Sequence record: PZ583738.1
Origin: a phage
Strand: one strand, 5' to 3'
Length of the DNA: 64,000 bases
How positions within the stretch are numbered: position 1 is the stretch's first letter; each line of letters opens with the position of its first letter. Shown here one piece after another: positions 9,274 through 23,123 of the stretch. Made by a program: the position numbers and the translations under genes. Under the pieces are notes generated by a model. It was not told where the DNA came from. It made no database searches and saw only the letters and a list, made by a program, of their open reading frames with translations.

Positions 9274-10847
9274 TAGAAATCCTCTTCTTCTTCTTCAGGG
9301 TTTTGGAAACGAGCCTCTTTGGACTCCAATTCAATTTGCTTAGCTTCTTGATTAATTTCTTCATCAGACATCTGGAGGAAATCCTTCATAGCCGTTTGAT
9401 GCGAAATATATTTACCGATAAACGGTTCAGCCATCGTTAGCATATTGATTCTGCGTTCCATGATTTCTGCATCTTTCATTTCAGTGAAATAGCTATCACG
9501 GTTGAACGTAACTTTAATATTATTTAGTTCCTTTTCCCATTCCTCTTCTGAAATAATTTTTTTCAGGATAAGGTTGGTTTTAAGTGGGTCGAGGAAAACT
9601 TCTTCAAATTTATTCTGTAGCTGTCGAATCCATTTAGAGAAATTCAATTCATCGCGAGTAATTGTCGCGCCCGCATCAAACATAACACCACTGTTTTGGT
9701 CATTAGGGATACGAGATAATGGAATTCGGAGCGCCTGATATAGGTTGTTCTTAAACCAGCGAACATCGTCCATATCCGACATGCCTTGTGCACCCGGGAG
9801 TGTATCAACTTCAGTGACTGCTTTACCATCACGACGTTGCAACCAATAGTCTTCTGTCATTGACATGTTGTGCTGTTGGTTTTTGATTTTACCCGTAGTT
9901 GCATCATATACGACACGGTTTTTCATCGTGTTCATAATATGTTGCATGTGTGCTGCTGCTTTACGGGACGGCATATTCCCGGTATCGATATAAAAGACTC
10001 GGCGGTCTGGGGCACGAGTTATACGATAAATGACTAAAGCATCTTCTAATAGTTTTAATTGGTTTGCAGGTTTAATTGCTCGTTGCAAGTATCCGATGAT
10101 ATTCTTGCCACAACAATCGAGTAATCCAGAATGCGCATATACAATCGCCGCACGAGGAATTTTTATTTTAGTACCTGCTTCATATATACGACCATCGGCA
10201 CAATAACTTTCATGGCCAGTATCGTATACAAAATATTCTCTGTAACCGTCGACAATTTTTGTACCGTTTTCCATGCGTGTAACGATTTCACGGATGAACT
10301 GGATTTGTCTTGGGTCAAGGCGACGAAGTTCTTGAACTCCATCTTTAAGTTTTGATGGGTTGATAATTTTGTGGAAGAAAATTCGAGAATCCACATACCA
10401 ACGTTTAAAGTGGTCAGAACCTTTGCGCTCGAAATTAAGGAGGTTATTGACTTCCGAGAATTCTTCGAGGATTCGGTCTTTAATTTTCTGACTAAATTCG
10501 GTAGCATCAAGGTTAAGAGCTACAACATCTTTACCGTCTTCAAAAACGATAGCATCAGACACAATTTCTTGCACTGCGTTATCAACTTCATAATTATTTA
10601 GTAAGTTGCGGTAGGTGTCAATTAATTCCCTGGTATTTTTTACTTCAGGTTCATTGCTCCCGAACATCTGTTGCATCAATGCATTATACGGGACGTTTTG
10701 TTCTTGTGACTCAATTTCACGAGCCCCATCATCAAACTTCGGCCCGGTCATTGACTCTAAATTATTTTTTTCTTGTTGCTTATATTCTTGTTCATCTTCT
10801 TTAGCCCAAGGCTTAAGAAAATTTAGTATTGTGTTAAAACCTGCCAT
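9273..10847 (-). CDS. 20: portal vertex protein gp20
   Basis: 524 aa, size and position of T4 gp20. Confidence 0.9.
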   Translation of the reverse strand: MAGFNTILNFLKPWAKEDEQEYKQQEKNNLESMTGPKFDDGAREIESQEQNVPYNALMQQMFGSNEPEVKNTRELIDTYRNLLNNYEVDNAVQEIVSDAIVFEDGKDVVALNLDATEFSQKIKDRILEEFSEVNNLLNFERKGSDHFKRWYVDSRIFFHKIINPSKLKDGVQELRRLDPRQIQFIREIVTRMENGTKIVDGYREYFVYDTGHESYCADGRIYEAGTKIKIPRAAIVYAHSGLLDCCGKNIIGYLQRAIKPANQLKLLEDALVIYRITRAPDRRVFYIDTGNMPSRKAAAHMQHIMNTMKNRVVYDATTGKIKNQQHNMSMTEDYWLQRRDGKAVTEVDTLPGAQGMSDMDDVRWFKNNLYQALRIPLSRIPNDQNSGVMFDAGATITRDELNFSKWIRQLQNKFEEVFLDPLKTNLILKKIISEEEWEKELNNIKVTFNRDSYFTEMKDAEIMERRINMLTMAEPFIGKYISHQTAMKDFLQMSDEEINQEAKQIELESKEARFQNPEEEEEDF

Positions 10848-10895
10848 TAGAGTCTCCGAAGTTTGGGAAATGAGGCCGAAGCCTCATAATAACTT

Positions 10896-10903
10896 TATTT
10901 ATA
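10896..10903 (-). promoter_or_regulatory. late promoter TATAAATA upstream of gene 20
   Basis: Exact motif about 50 nt upstream of gene 20 start, next to a GC hairpin. Confidence 0.45.
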
Positions 10904-10904
10904 C

Positions 10905-11396
10905 TTATTCCCACCAGTCAATTGCGAACGTTGTTTCAAACGTCTCAATCTCATTATTGGAGTCCCAATCCATCTGGACTTCCCCAACGTTGGTTGGCCA
11001 CATGCCGGTAATAACAACTTCTTTCGTAATGGTCTTGCCATCACGATGGAACTGGCGGACAGTAGCGGTTTTCTTATAATCAGCAGGAGCTGCACCAGTG
11101 ATTTCGTTAGTCATACCGTGACACAGGTTTTGCCAATCAACAATTGCTTGACGAACTTTATGAGCATCGTCGTTATAAATCGTAATAGTCCAGTCATCAA
11201 ATGTACGGTCACCCGCCACGTTGATTTTACGGTTCATGTAACCGACCGGAACTTTTTCTACAATGCCTGCTGGCATCGGGGCTGCTTTACAATGGAAAGC
11301 AAAGTTTTTACCCAGGAATGGGATTTCGACTTCGAACAGGTTAGGGCGAGCAAAGTCCCCTGACTCGAAGGCCCTGGTGATATCAGTAAGTTCCAT
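10905..11396 (-). CDS. 19: tail tube protein gp19
   Basis: 163 aa, same size as T4 gp19, position after gene 18. Confidence 0.85.
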   Translation of the reverse strand: MELTDITRAFESGDFARPNLFEVEIPFLGKNFAFHCKAAPMPAGIVEKVPVGYMNRKINVAGDRTFDDWTITIYNDDAHKVRQAIVDWQNLCHGMTNEITGAAPADYKKTATVRQFHRDGKTITKEVVITGMWPTNVGEVQMDWDSNNEIETFETTFAIDWWE

Positions 11397-11399
11397 AAG

Positions 11400-12083
11400 T
11401 TATTGTTTCCTATGATAATTTTCTATAAATTCTTGTAAATCACGTAAAGATATACTATTATTTATATCCTTCGAACGATTCAATTCCCACGGAATCATTT
11501 CAAGATTTTCAATGTGTCCAATGATTTCGGGGTCGATATTATTGTCAAATCCATACTTGATGGAAACCTTGTGGTCTAATTGATATGCACCTTCAATTCC
11601 AGCTCTTCCGGTCTTTTCAAAATTTGGGAGATTTTGCACTTCAGATTTAAAATTTAATGCGGTGAATTGACGAACTGCATATGCATATCGTTTGAATTCT
11701 CTTAATCTTGGATTATATCGTCCGTTTAATTCCCCTCGAGTATTTATATTGGGAATACCCTTTTTGGATTTGGAGATTTTTACGCCTTTAGATTTTCGAA
11801 TTTTTAGTCCATCTGGTGTGTTCCAAAATTCTTTACGCAAATCCGAATAAATTTCCCATCTATGGCTTTTGCAGAATTGGATATTGATGTTATTTATTTT
11901 ATCTCGTGTAACTGTATATTCAGCTCCACATTCATCACATTTACAATCAACTTTGACTCGGCATCCCAAATGTTCAATGTTGATTAAATGTGTTGTTCCT
12001 ACTGAAACATCATAACCTTGCTCACGCAAATTTGTCACATTTCTATTAGTTACATTAACGAGTTGTTTATCACTTACTATCAT
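11400..12083 (-). CDS. freestanding HNH homing endonuclease inserted between genes 18 and 19
   Basis: 227 aa; Cys-rich N-terminus (CKCDECG), HNH-type motif region AYQLDHKVSIKYGF...N; T4 has no gene at this junction. Confidence 0.75.
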   Translation of the reverse strand: MIVSDKQLVNVTNRNVTNLREQGYDVSVGTTHLINIEHLGCRVKVDCKCDECGAEYTVTRDKINNINIQFCKSHRWEIYSDLRKEFWNTPDGLKIRKSKGVKISKSKKGIPNINTRGELNGRYNPRLREFKRYAYAVRQFTALNFKSEVQNLPNFEKTGRAGIEGAYQLDHKVSIKYGFDNNIDPEIIGHIENLEMIPWELNRSKDINNSISLRDLQEFIENYHRKQ

Positions 12084-12198
12084 AGTAGCCTCAAATCGCG
12101 CACCAGAGCGATTCTGGGACGATTTTATCCGTGTTATGTATAAACACCTTACTTAAAGGTTGCGTGCTCTATAATCGTTTATAGGAGCTTTATGCTTT

Positions 12199-12206
12199 TA
12201 TTTATA
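12199..12206 (-). promoter_or_regulatory. late promoter TATAAATA upstream of the HNH endonuclease gene and gene 19
   Basis: Exact motif in the 18/HNH intergenic region. Confidence 0.45.
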
Positions 12207-12291
12207 ACACGGTATAATGGGTCTAATCTATTCCGTTAAGCAATTACACTCAACCATAATAGGTAAGAGGGGACTTTCATCCCCTAATTTA

Positions 12292-14271
12292 TTATTGTGG
12301 CCCAATCAGCTCATCGAAATTAGCACCGGTGCTTGTTGCTACGAAATTAAGCGTGATGTAGTTGATGCTGCGCGCCGGTTTGAAATAAATGCTGGCAACA
12401 AACTCATTTCGGTCTATGACCGACGGGGTGTTGTTGGTAGTATCACAAACCACACGACCTTCATAAATGCCACCGAGCGCACGAATACCATCCAAGTATT
12501 GAGAAGTTTCCATACGGAATGATGCACGAGTGAAGTTATCGTTAAGCTCAAACAGTTTATATTTGGATGCGTCACCGATATTTTTCTTCAGCATATTCGT
12601 AAGACGGCGAACGTTGATATGGTCCATCGGAGATGGAACTTTAGTTGCAGTCTTATCACCATACAGAACAAAACCATCACCACCTGCGAAACCAACAACC
12701 GGGTTGATAGCTTCCTGATACATGCGGTCACGTTGGGTCTGACGTGGTTCAACAGCCAATTTCAGAACGTTCAGAATCTGACCGCGGTTATAACCTGCCG
12801 GAGACATCCAAGGCTGAGAAACATCATCAGTACGAGCACACAGACCAGCCATATCAGCTGCCAGAGGAACCCAACGGTTAACGTCGTTATATTTATCATA
12901 CTGATATTTATAGTTGCCATCAATCGCTGCATAAGTCGTGCTGATATTCATGTTATCAGTATCAAATGCACCAGCACCTGTACGCCAGTCAATCAGGTTA
13001 TCCACTGCACGGGTCAGAGGAACGTTAACCAACAGACCTTTCGGCGGGGAAATGAATGCCAAGCAATCCTGACGTTCGTCAGCAATAGAAACTACGTGCT
13101 TCTGAACAGTGGAAGCGGTCGCATCACCTTCACCAGCACAAGCACCAGCGATAAGTAGGTTGATATGCAGAGCTTCACGGTCAGCGAACAGGTCCCAACC
13201 TTGCATCAAATCACCAGCGGTAATCTTATCGTTTGCAGAAATACCACCAGACAGATTGATGATACCACTGAAGCCTACAGGCCAGTTGCGAGATGTTGCA
13301 TAGATGTAGTTGGAAGTACCTTTTGCAAAGTAGTCATCCAGGTAAATGTTATTACCATAAACATCTTTTTCGCCCTGCTTAGTAGACAAAACAACGTTTT
13401 CGACGATTGCACCATCGCGGCGAACGATAATTGCATATTGGTTTTCGGTCTGAGGACCATAGTTAAACACTGCACGAGCTATAGAAGCGCGGGAACCACC
13501 ACCGGGGAAAATATCCAGATTTGCAGTTGCGCCTTTTTCAAATTCAGCTTTGGATACGATTTCAACTTCAAGAGTCGAACCAATTTCACCAGGATAAAGA
13601 GCAACAACACCCGGCATTACATATTTTGCCAATGATGCCTGGAATTCCAGAGAAGTAATTGCTTCTTCACTGTTTTCTGCTTCAGTCAACAGAATGCCAG
13701 AATCGGTAACAATTTTTCCGACAGTGATGGTACCAGATACACCGGAAGAAGTGGTCGTAACTTCTGCAGTCCATGCACTGCCCAAATTAGGATACTGATT
13801 AATAGTTTTAGCAAATGCAATAATCTTATTGGTAGGAATAAAGATTGCCAGAATTTTACCATCAACATCGACCTTGGTCACACGGCCAGCTGGTTCAACA
13901 ACAGTCTGGTTGTGTTTAACCTGAATAACATCACCGACAGCATAGTTTGTACCAGCAGTTACGATGGTAGTTTCAATATTGCCAGCAATAGGGGATGCGT
14001 TTTTAGCTTCGTCACGGTTAACAACACGTACAGTACGGAGGTCATTACCATATTGCAGGAAGTTCATCCCACTCATAAAGTAATCTGCTGTTTCATTATT
14101 CGGACCACCAAACAAATCAACAAGTTCAACTTCGTTTGTAATCTGAGTTACCTGGAAAGCTGGGCCCCACTGGAATTTACCAACCAGCGCCGCACGACCC
14201 GTCGCGTTACGAACAACAGTGCTTTGGACCGTTGTTTCTTTGAGCTCAATGCCCGGAGATAATAAAGCCAT
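12292..14271 (-). CDS. 18: tail sheath protein gp18
   Basis: 659 aa, size and position of T4 gp18. Confidence 0.9.
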   Translation of the reverse strand: MALLSPGIELKETTVQSTVVRNATGRAALVGKFQWGPAFQVTQITNEVELVDLFGGPNNETADYFMSGMNFLQYGNDLRTVRVVNRDEAKNASPIAGNIETTIVTAGTNYAVGDVIQVKHNQTVVEPAGRVTKVDVDGKILAIFIPTNKIIAFAKTINQYPNLGSAWTAEVTTTSSGVSGTITVGKIVTDSGILLTEAENSEEAITSLEFQASLAKYVMPGVVALYPGEIGSTLEVEIVSKAEFEKGATANLDIFPGGGSRASIARAVFNYGPQTENQYAIIVRRDGAIVENVVLSTKQGEKDVYGNNIYLDDYFAKGTSNYIYATSRNWPVGFSGIINLSGGISANDKITAGDLMQGWDLFADREALHINLLIAGACAGEGDATASTVQKHVVSIADERQDCLAFISPPKGLLVNVPLTRAVDNLIDWRTGAGAFDTDNMNISTTYAAIDGNYKYQYDKYNDVNRWVPLAADMAGLCARTDDVSQPWMSPAGYNRGQILNVLKLAVEPRQTQRDRMYQEAINPVVGFAGGDGFVLYGDKTATKVPSPMDHINVRRLTNMLKKNIGDASKYKLFELNDNFTRASFRMETSQYLDGIRALGGIYEGRVVCDTTNNTPSVIDRNEFVASIYFKPARSINYITLNFVATSTGANFDELIGPQ

Positions 14272-14300
14272 TTTGAGTCCTCTAATAGTTTGCTTTACTT

Positions 14301-16607
<2,307 letters not shown>

Positions 16608-16611
<4 letters not shown>

Positions 16612-17483
16612 AATGGTACCCTATTTTTTCTTGGGGCTGGAGGTGCTGGGTCAACCGGTACAGGAATATCCTGCGAGTAGGTTTGAACAGATTCACCTTG
16701 CCAGTCTTCTTGGTCGACGTCTCGTGGAACGGCTTCCGAATCAACAGATTCGAAATTACCTTCCGGTGCAAGCTCTCTAGAATTTGCAAAGAAGTCAAGA
16801 TAGATAGTACGGATTTCCCCGGCTACTTCCTTAACCGGTGGATATAACCAACCGTTGACTTCGAACATAATGGACCATTCGAGTCTACGACGAGTCATTG
16901 CATCACCTTCAATTTGCTCATCCATAGCAATGGACTGGAGCACGATTCTTATATCACGTTCGAATGTAATTTCATTCGTGTAAAGTTCAGTGATGGTTGT
17001 ATTAAAATGTGGCTGGAAGTAAGGCATGATTTGTTCGATAATCTGGAACATATCATCTTGATGCCTTGTATATATTCCAAGCTCGAAAATCATTTTGACC
17101 GGCACAGGAGAATATTGAGATATCTGCTTGCGAGGGTCGTTATTAGCAAATCGCGCTTGTGTGTGATTCTGGAGAGCCGTTTTATATTGCCCGTTATACA
17201 TCAAGTCAACCATATGTAGGTTCATACGGGGCAATACGGTCTCGATTTTAGCCTTCTGAGCAGCACGTTCTTGTGGTGTCATGTCAGGAGTAGGTGTATT
17301 CTGAATAGCGGTCCATTTTCCAAGCTGCATCATGAATTTTTCTTTTGAAGCATAAGAAATAGGGACCTTAATATATTTAAGTCCAGTGTCTTCTCTGGTT
17401 CTGGCCACTTGTACATGGGAAAATAAATCGCCCATTAAAACGATATAGCGACGCAGAGACGAATTATAAAAATGCCCAAACAA
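16608..17483 (-). CDS. 15: tail sheath stabilizer / tail completion protein gp15
   Basis: 291 aa in gene 15 position. Confidence 0.8.
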
Positions 17484-17526
17484 AGTAACCTCCAGGCGCC
17501 CAGTTCGGGCGCATTAATAAATGTAT

Positions 17527-18315
17527 TTATTCATCAAAGAAACTATCGTCAAAGCTATCCTGTTTTGCCTTCGGAGGAGCCTCAAGTCCACGACCATTCT
17601 GCACAAAATATGGTTTAACATATTCAGCTGCTTCTGTGTTAATCTCATCAGATTCTGCATAAGGGATATCGCTGATATCTGTAAGGCCATCAATATTGTG
17701 GATTGGTTGTAAATCGAGCTCGCTGAATTCTGAAATATTAATACCTTCATTCCGTTGCAATTCAGGTTTAAGTTCTTCTCCGGAGTAAATGTATTTGCTC
17801 GCGGTGATTTTACGAATGGCGTTTTGACCTACCTGATAGAATGGGTCGTAAGGTTGCACCCATGTAATTTCGAACAGGCTGTTATCAAGAGGGAAATAAA
17901 TCAAATCCCCTGCAATAGGTTCGGTTCCGTTGCATTGATGTTTAAACAGATTAGGGTTAATCGATATTGTGATTTCATCATTCACAGTCATACCGAATTT
18001 ACTAAAGATAGAACCATCCCCCTGATAAGCATCGAACGTATCCAGATAGCCAGCAAATTTCCATGCTTTATCAAATTTACTCTGGAGGTCTTCACCGAAT
18101 AACAAATCCGGTTTAACGAATTGTCTTGGGATATAATAGAGAGACATTCCGCGCATCTGAATACTTTCAGCAACAATAGCATCAGCTAAAGTCTGGGTAT
18201 TTTCATGATGCATAAAGTTTACATATTGGTTGAGTATCTCTGACGAGTTTGTATTGTCATACCCGGTCCCGTCTTCAAGCCGGGCGAATAAGCTTGCATC
18301 ATAAGAATTACGCAT
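17527..18315 (-). CDS. 14: neck protein gp14
   Basis: 262 aa in gene 14 position. Confidence 0.8.
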   Translation of the reverse strand: MRNSYDASLFARLEDGTGYDNTNSSEILNQYVNFMHHENTQTLADAIVAESIQMRGMSLYYIPRQFVKPDLLFGEDLQSKFDKAWKFAGYLDTFDAYQGDGSIFSKFGMTVNDEITISINPNLFKHQCNGTEPIAGDLIYFPLDNSLFEITWVQPYDPFYQVGQNAIRKITASKYIYSGEELKPELQRNEGINISEFSELDLQPIHNIDGLTDISDIPYAESDEINTEAAEYVKPYFVQNGRGLEAPPKAKQDSFDDSFFDE

Positions 18316-18943
18316 AATTCCATAATTTCCATTTTTCGGCTGTACTTTTACATCTGTAAATGACCGCAGCCGGAGTTATTGAATAATATTCTGCACATTT
18401 TCTTCCGGTACAAAATTCTAGGTCGCCAGTAATAATTTTACGTGCCGCCGGATTTTTATCATCAGAAAAATCAGGATGTCGGTCCTTAAAATCAATCCAC
18501 ATTCGCGCCGTTGACTCTTTACGACGTTTTAATCCTTCTTCGGACCATTCTCTTTGTTTTGCGGCTTCCGACATTCGTTTTCTTGATTCAGCTGTTCTCT
18601 TTTTACCAAAAGCAGGAGAATCTTCTGGACGACTATAACCTTCTGGACCACCTCCCCCTGTTGGATGTAAATTTGCACAATTATCAAAACTTTCTAAAAG
18701 TTCACTAACTAGTAAAGCTTCGGCTTCCTTTAATAGAGCAGGTGATTCAAAAGGTTTAGACCAGGTAATATCGACTAAACATTTTCTTCCATATTTTTGT
18801 TTAGCTCGTTTAACAATAGTACCCGACCCAAAATAACTATCCGCTTTAAAATCTTCATATGGCGAATGACGTTTACCGCCATACACCATTACCCCACCAG
18901 ATGTTTCAAATGTCGACACATAAAGTCTATAATAAGTAGCCAT
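18308..18943 (-). CDS. GIY-YIG-like homing endonuclease (Seg-like) inserted between genes 13 and 14
   Basis: 211 aa; N-terminal YRLYV...MVYGGKRH (GIY...YIG-like) and shared module [16 protein letters not shown] paralogous to ORF 32603-33280; basic C-terminal half. Confidence 0.6.
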   Translation of the reverse strand: MATYYRLYVSTFETSGGVMVYGGKRHSPYEDFKADSYFGSGTIVKRAKQKYGRKCLVDITWSKPFESPALLKEAEALLVSELLESFDNCANLHPTGGGGPEGYSRPEDSPAFGKKRTAESRKRMSEAAKQREWSEEGLKRRKESTARMWIDFKDRHPDFSDDKNPAARKIITGDLEFCTGRKCAEYYSITPAAVIYRCKSTAEKWKLWNYA

Positions 18944-19881
18944 TAGCCCACCAATATAGGAGTCGGTGCATCCAGCAGGTCAAGTTCTTCACGAAGACGT
19001 TCTTTTTCCATACGAGCTTCTTCAATTAAACGAACACCATCAACTGTGACGCCACCTGGCATCATCATTCCCTGGTGTTTAGCTAATACGTTGCCATTAA
19101 CTTCCTTAACGAGCGCCGTGGCATAGTCTTTCACCCAACGGTTGTTGTATGCACCATCTTGAAGTCCAAGGTCCTCACCTGCTCTCATGCCGCTTATTCT
19201 GCGCGCCGGGTTATCCCACTGTGCACCAGCATTCCATGGATTATCACAATCGGCCGAAGCAAAACCATAGCCAGCTGTATTGCCTACCATTGAATCCACA
19301 CCGTTATATGATTTGGTATAAACTTCAATTACAATCACATCTCCCTGACGGAAGTTGCCCATAATTTTAAGTTGTTCAGTATCGTCATTATACCAGTAAT
19401 CTGGCAGCGGAACCATCAGGTCTTGCATCATTGAACGGTATTGCATAAGCTGTGTAAAATAACCAAGGTCTGCACCAAAAGCATTTGGTCCAAAGCTGTT
19501 ACATGAGCTACCCATTCCACCGTTAATCCCAGCAAGTCCCAGAACAAAATCTGTGAACCACGGATATGTGGCTTGCCCGTCCATCGAAGTTAATGAACCG
19601 ACGTTAGTACGAATAATCTGCGTTACTGCAAAAATATTACGGCCTTTTAAATCGAAAACACCATCGCGGAATTTCTGCTGTGAAACTTCATCATGGCCAA
19701 TATAAAAAGCCTGATAACCTTTGTTATAACCATTATAGTGATATTCGCCATATAATTCTAATGCGCGCTGGATGCAATCATAAACCTGTTCGGTCGTAAC
19801 TTCGATATTCGTGATTGGCGCACCAAGACGACGAAGGATTGCATCTTTTAATTGTTTCGGGTTGTATGATTCAGTTGCCAT
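18943..19881 (-). CDS. 13: neck protein gp13
   Basis: 312 aa in gene 13 position. Confidence 0.8.
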   Translation of the reverse strand: MATESYNPKQLKDAILRRLGAPITNIEVTTEQVYDCIQRALELYGEYHYNGYNKGYQAFYIGHDEVSQQKFRDGVFDLKGRNIFAVTQIIRTNVGSLTSMDGQATYPWFTDFVLGLAGINGGMGSSCNSFGPNAFGADLGYFTQLMQYRSMMQDLMVPLPDYWYNDDTEQLKIMGNFRQGDVIVIEVYTKSYNGVDSMVGNTAGYGFASADCDNPWNAGAQWDNPARRISGMRAGEDLGLQDGAYNNRWVKDYATALVKEVNGNVLAKHQGMMMPGGVTVDGVRLIEEARMEKERLREELDLLDAPTPILVG

Positions 19882-19899
19882 ATGTTTTCCTCTTTACTG

Positions 19900-19907
19900 T
19901 ATTTATA
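19900..19907 (-). promoter_or_regulatory. late promoter TATAAATA upstream of gene 13
   Basis: Exact motif about 20 nt upstream of gene 13 start. Confidence 0.5.
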
Positions 19908-19908
19908 C

Positions 19909-19931
19909 GAAAAAAGGGCCGAAGCCCTTTT
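19909..19931 (-). terminator. terminator between wac and gene 13
   Basis: gggccgaagccc hairpin with flanking A/T runs. Confidence 0.5.
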
Positions 19932-19932
19932 A

Positions 19933-21564
19933 TTATGGTGCTGGATTTAATGTCACAAATGTTGACAAAAGAACCCATGCATTATCAACTAGAACATACG
20001 GGAGGCCATCGGCCACAGGAGCGACAGGAGGCCTTTTGGCGAGCTCTGTTTCTAAGGCTGATACTTTACCTTCTAAAGTAGTTATCTTCGTCTCGGCCGC
20101 ATCCAGGCGACCAGGAAGCGGAGTTACTGTACCTTCAAGAGTTGTCACACGAGTAGTTAATGGTGCGATTTTTGCAGTATCGAGTTTAATTGCATCAATC
20201 TCGGTTTTAGCATCGATAATTTCAGCCCAGGTTCCTTGCTTACGTCCATATAGCTTATTATCCAGTGGTGCATCGTTCAGCTTGGACGCCATCAGCATAT
20301 CCAAGTTAATTACAACCGGAAGAACACCACGTTCAGCCACAGTAGCACCGTTAGGGTTTGTACCATTCATCTGACTAGTTAAAGTCAAAATAGAACCTTT
20401 CATACCAGTGTTATTTGTACCAATTTCAGCTTGTACATCCTGGAGACCTGATGCAGTTTCGTTAGCCAGCGTAGTGGTTGCATTCAACTTATACGTGATA
20501 GTGTTTGGCTCTGGAGATTGCTCTGTACCGATTCTCTGAGAAAGCCATGCAGTGGTACCACGCAAACCGGAACTTGAATCCTGGCCAACAACAACCTGTA
20601 ATCCATTGACATCCGCTCGTAAAGCACTGATTCGACCATTAATTGTCAATGGCTCCAGTGCTGTTCCAATATCAGCTTCAACCTTAGTGAGTCTTGGTTT
20701 GATATTCGCAATATCTGTTTCATTGACCGAAACACGCCCACCAAGATTTTCAACGCGGGTTGTAATTGCAATCCCTGTACCAAAACCAATAGCTTCTTGA
20801 ATGTTGGCAATATCTTCGTCAATTTCGACTGCTTTACCATCAAGAGTATTCAGTCTAACAAATACAGCCGGTTTACCTATTGCTAAAGTAGACTCACCTA
20901 ATTCTTCGCGAATTTTAATTACTTTTACGTTAAGAGAACCAACATCAGAATCATGGTAATTGTCCTCAAGAGTCTTAATACGAACTCCATGAGCAACAAT
21001 AGCAGAACTGTTATCGATGATGCGGCGTTTCATGCCTTTTGATGGATTGCCGATAACCTGGAGACCATTTATATCTTGGTCAACATACTGACCTAATTCA
21101 TTTTTAATCCATACGAGGTCATTACGAACTGTGCGATAATATGAATCGGTTAACGGGTCATAAGCACCAACATCTTCTTTTAACGTTTTAAGACCTTCGG
21201 ATGTTTCACTTGACAGCAATTCGGTATTAAATTGACGTTCATCAAGGTCAAGAATATCCGTACGGTTTTTTTCAATTTGTTTAACAACTTCTGTGTTAGT
21301 TGTTATATCCAAAGCTTCCTGAATATTATTGACGTTATCAATAATTTCGTTGATTTTTTCTTTAGATGCATTTGAGTTGTCGTCGAGTGTATCTACGTTT
21401 GTTTGAACGCCAACTGCAGCGGCGTTCAAATTACCATCATAACCATATTTGGTACTGGCCGCAGTCATACAATCGCCGTTTTGTATCCAACGAATTCTCT
21501 GTTGACCTTCGTCTGGAATACCGATGCTATACGGCAGCTCTTTGAGACTGAGTTTATTAATCAT
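19933..21564 (-). CDS. wac: fibritin (whisker/neck fibre) with C-terminal foldon
   Basis: N-terminus LKELPYSIGIPDEGQQRIRWIQNG resembles recalled T4 Wac; heptad-rich middle; C-terminal PYVLVDNAWVLLSTFV resembles the T4 foldon; start placed at internal ATG (M18 of track ORF) just downstream of gene 12. Confidence 0.85.
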   Translation of the reverse strand: MINKLSLKELPYSIGIPDEGQQRIRWIQNGDCMTAASTKYGYDGNLNAAAVGVQTNVDTLDDNSNASKEKINEIIDNVNNIQEALDITTNTEVVKQIEKNRTDILDLDERQFNTELLSSETSEGLKTLKEDVGAYDPLTDSYYRTVRNDLVWIKNELGQYVDQDINGLQVIGNPSKGMKRRIIDNSSAIVAHGVRIKTLEDNYHDSDVGSLNVKVIKIREELGESTLAIGKPAVFVRLNTLDGKAVEIDEDIANIQEAIGFGTGIAITTRVENLGGRVSVNETDIANIKPRLTKVEADIGTALEPLTINGRISALRADVNGLQVVVGQDSSSGLRGTTAWLSQRIGTEQSPEPNTITYKLNATTTLANETASGLQDVQAEIGTNNTGMKGSILTLTSQMNGTNPNGATVAERGVLPVVINLDMLMASKLNDAPLDNKLYGRKQGTWAEIIDAKTEIDAIKLDTAKIAPLTTRVTTLEGTVTPLPGRLDAAETKITTLEGKVSALETELAKRPPVAPVADGLPYVLVDNAWVLLSTFVTLNPAP

Positions 21565-21572
21565 TTTGGTCC

Positions 21573-23123
21573 TTAGTAATGAATTTTGATAATATAGTTT
21601 AAAGACATATTCCATGGGCGAGTTTCATAACCAATAAGACCTTCACGGTTTAATGTACCTAAAGCATCTCTGCCGCCACCGAGTTCAAATCCATCGTTAG
21701 TAAAATATGAAGCGTTATCCCAGTCTGCATATTTTCTTGTGCCCAGATAACCCTGATAAACTGATGCACCAAATGGAGCTTCGTTGCGTTGGTATTCACC
21801 CCAGCCACCCGCGTGTTTATGATATGACATTTGCTGAGCTTGTACACCACCGACCCATGAACCATCACAACCAACACCCAAACGGTCTTTGCCATAACCA
21901 TCTTGACCGCGGTTATTCAGAATATGTCCACCGGTACCAGCACCGCGAACAAACAAACCGCGCATATCAGGAATACCGACGTTAGTCCAATCGCCACCAA
22001 AACGAGTTCCAACAGTATTTCGATAGTCAGGGAATTGGTCACCATTAACGGTGCCACCATGACACATAATCCAACCAGGAGGAGCACTATCACCCGCGAA
22101 CATCATCACTGTTCCGACAGGAACGCGTTCGGAAGCATAACGCTGTGTGGAAAGTAATTGGCCACCCATATGGGCCGTATTAGAATCAAAATTGCCGGTG
22201 GAAATATAATCTAAAGAAAGACTTCCATTAATTCGTTGACCGCCGCGAGTGTTGATTACATCGGCGTTCCAAGCCAGCGCCCCGGCACCGTCACCACCAG
22301 GAGCAACCCCAGCCTGAGTAGTTAATCTAACAACACCGCGAATATCGGTTGTAGCACCACGACCATTAAGAGTTGCTCCGGTTACCGCAACACCATCAGC
22401 ACTGTTATTAATCTCTGACTGAGTACCAAGACGAATAATCCCCGCGCGGTCTTGTGTTGCTGTACGAGCATTTAAACCAGCCGGAGAAATTGCTACACCG
22501 TCACCCAGAGTTCCTGCTTGCACTTCAGCATTTGTAGCAATTCGTACTAAACCAGAAACAGTTTGTGTGGCAGTTGAATAAGTCGGAAGAGCTGCTGTTG
22601 CTTTGCCAATTGCCAGAGCAACTTTCAACGGAGACATAGCGGTTGTATCATCTGTACCAGCTAAAGCTGCATCCTCGGTACTAATACGAAGAACACCCAA
22701 ATTATTTTCGGTACCGACACGAACAGCAAAAACATCATCAATTGTTGCTTTTAATGAAGACGGAACAATAGCCGCATCGGTTAATGTCCCGGCAATTGCT
22801 TCAGCATTGGTTGCATAACGGGTAATACCTACATAAGTTTCTGTGGCTTGCGTAGGGATGTCTAAACGAGCTTTTAAGGTCGCTGGAGTAACTGCAGAGT
22901 CTGGACTAATACCATCAATAACTTCTTGTGTGGTGGCTAGTCTGATGAGTCCTGCAGTCGTTTCGGAAGAGGCTGGGATATATCCATCTAACGCAATTTT
23001 ATTAAGAGACCCTAAAGCCTCTTGTACGTTGGTAACAGTCGACGGGAAAGCTGTCCCCGTCGGGTCGAACGTTTTATATTCAGATTTATCGCTAATGTGT
23101 TTTAGCGTGTTAGTCGTTGTCAT
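21573..23123 (-). CDS. 12: short tail fibre gp12
   Basis: 516 aa, repetitive Gly/Thr/Ala-rich fibre sequence, position between genes 11 and wac. Confidence 0.85.
   Translation of the reverse strand: MTTTNTLKHISDKSEYKTFDPTGTAFPSTVTNVQEALGSLNKIALDGYIPASSETTAGLIRLATTQEVIDGISPDSAVTPATLKARLDIPTQATETYVGITRYATNAEAIAGTLTDAAIVPSSLKATIDDVFAVRVGTENNLGVLRISTEDAALAGTDDTTAMSPLKVALAIGKATAALPTYSTATQTVSGLVRIATNAEVQAGTLGDGVAISPAGLNARTATQDRAGIIRLGTQSEINNSADGVAVTGATLNGRGATTDIRGVVRLTTQAGVAPGGDGAGALAWNADVINTRGGQRINGSLSLDYISTGNFDSNTAHMGGQLLSTQRYASERVPVGTVMMFAGDSAPPGWIMCHGGTVNGDQFPDYRNTVGTRFGGDWTNVGIPDMRGLFVRGAGTGGHILNNRGQDGYGKDRLGVGCDGSWVGGVQAQQMSYHKHAGGWGEYQRNEAPFGASVYQGYLGTRKYADWDNASYFTNDGFELGGGRDALGTLNREGLIGYETRPWNMSLNYIIKIHY

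Noticed and set aside
12217-13635. Several plus-strand ORFs (12217, 12619, 13165) antisense to tail sheath gene 18
   Set aside because: Embedded antisense in a conserved late gene; no start signals; interpreted as shadow ORFs.
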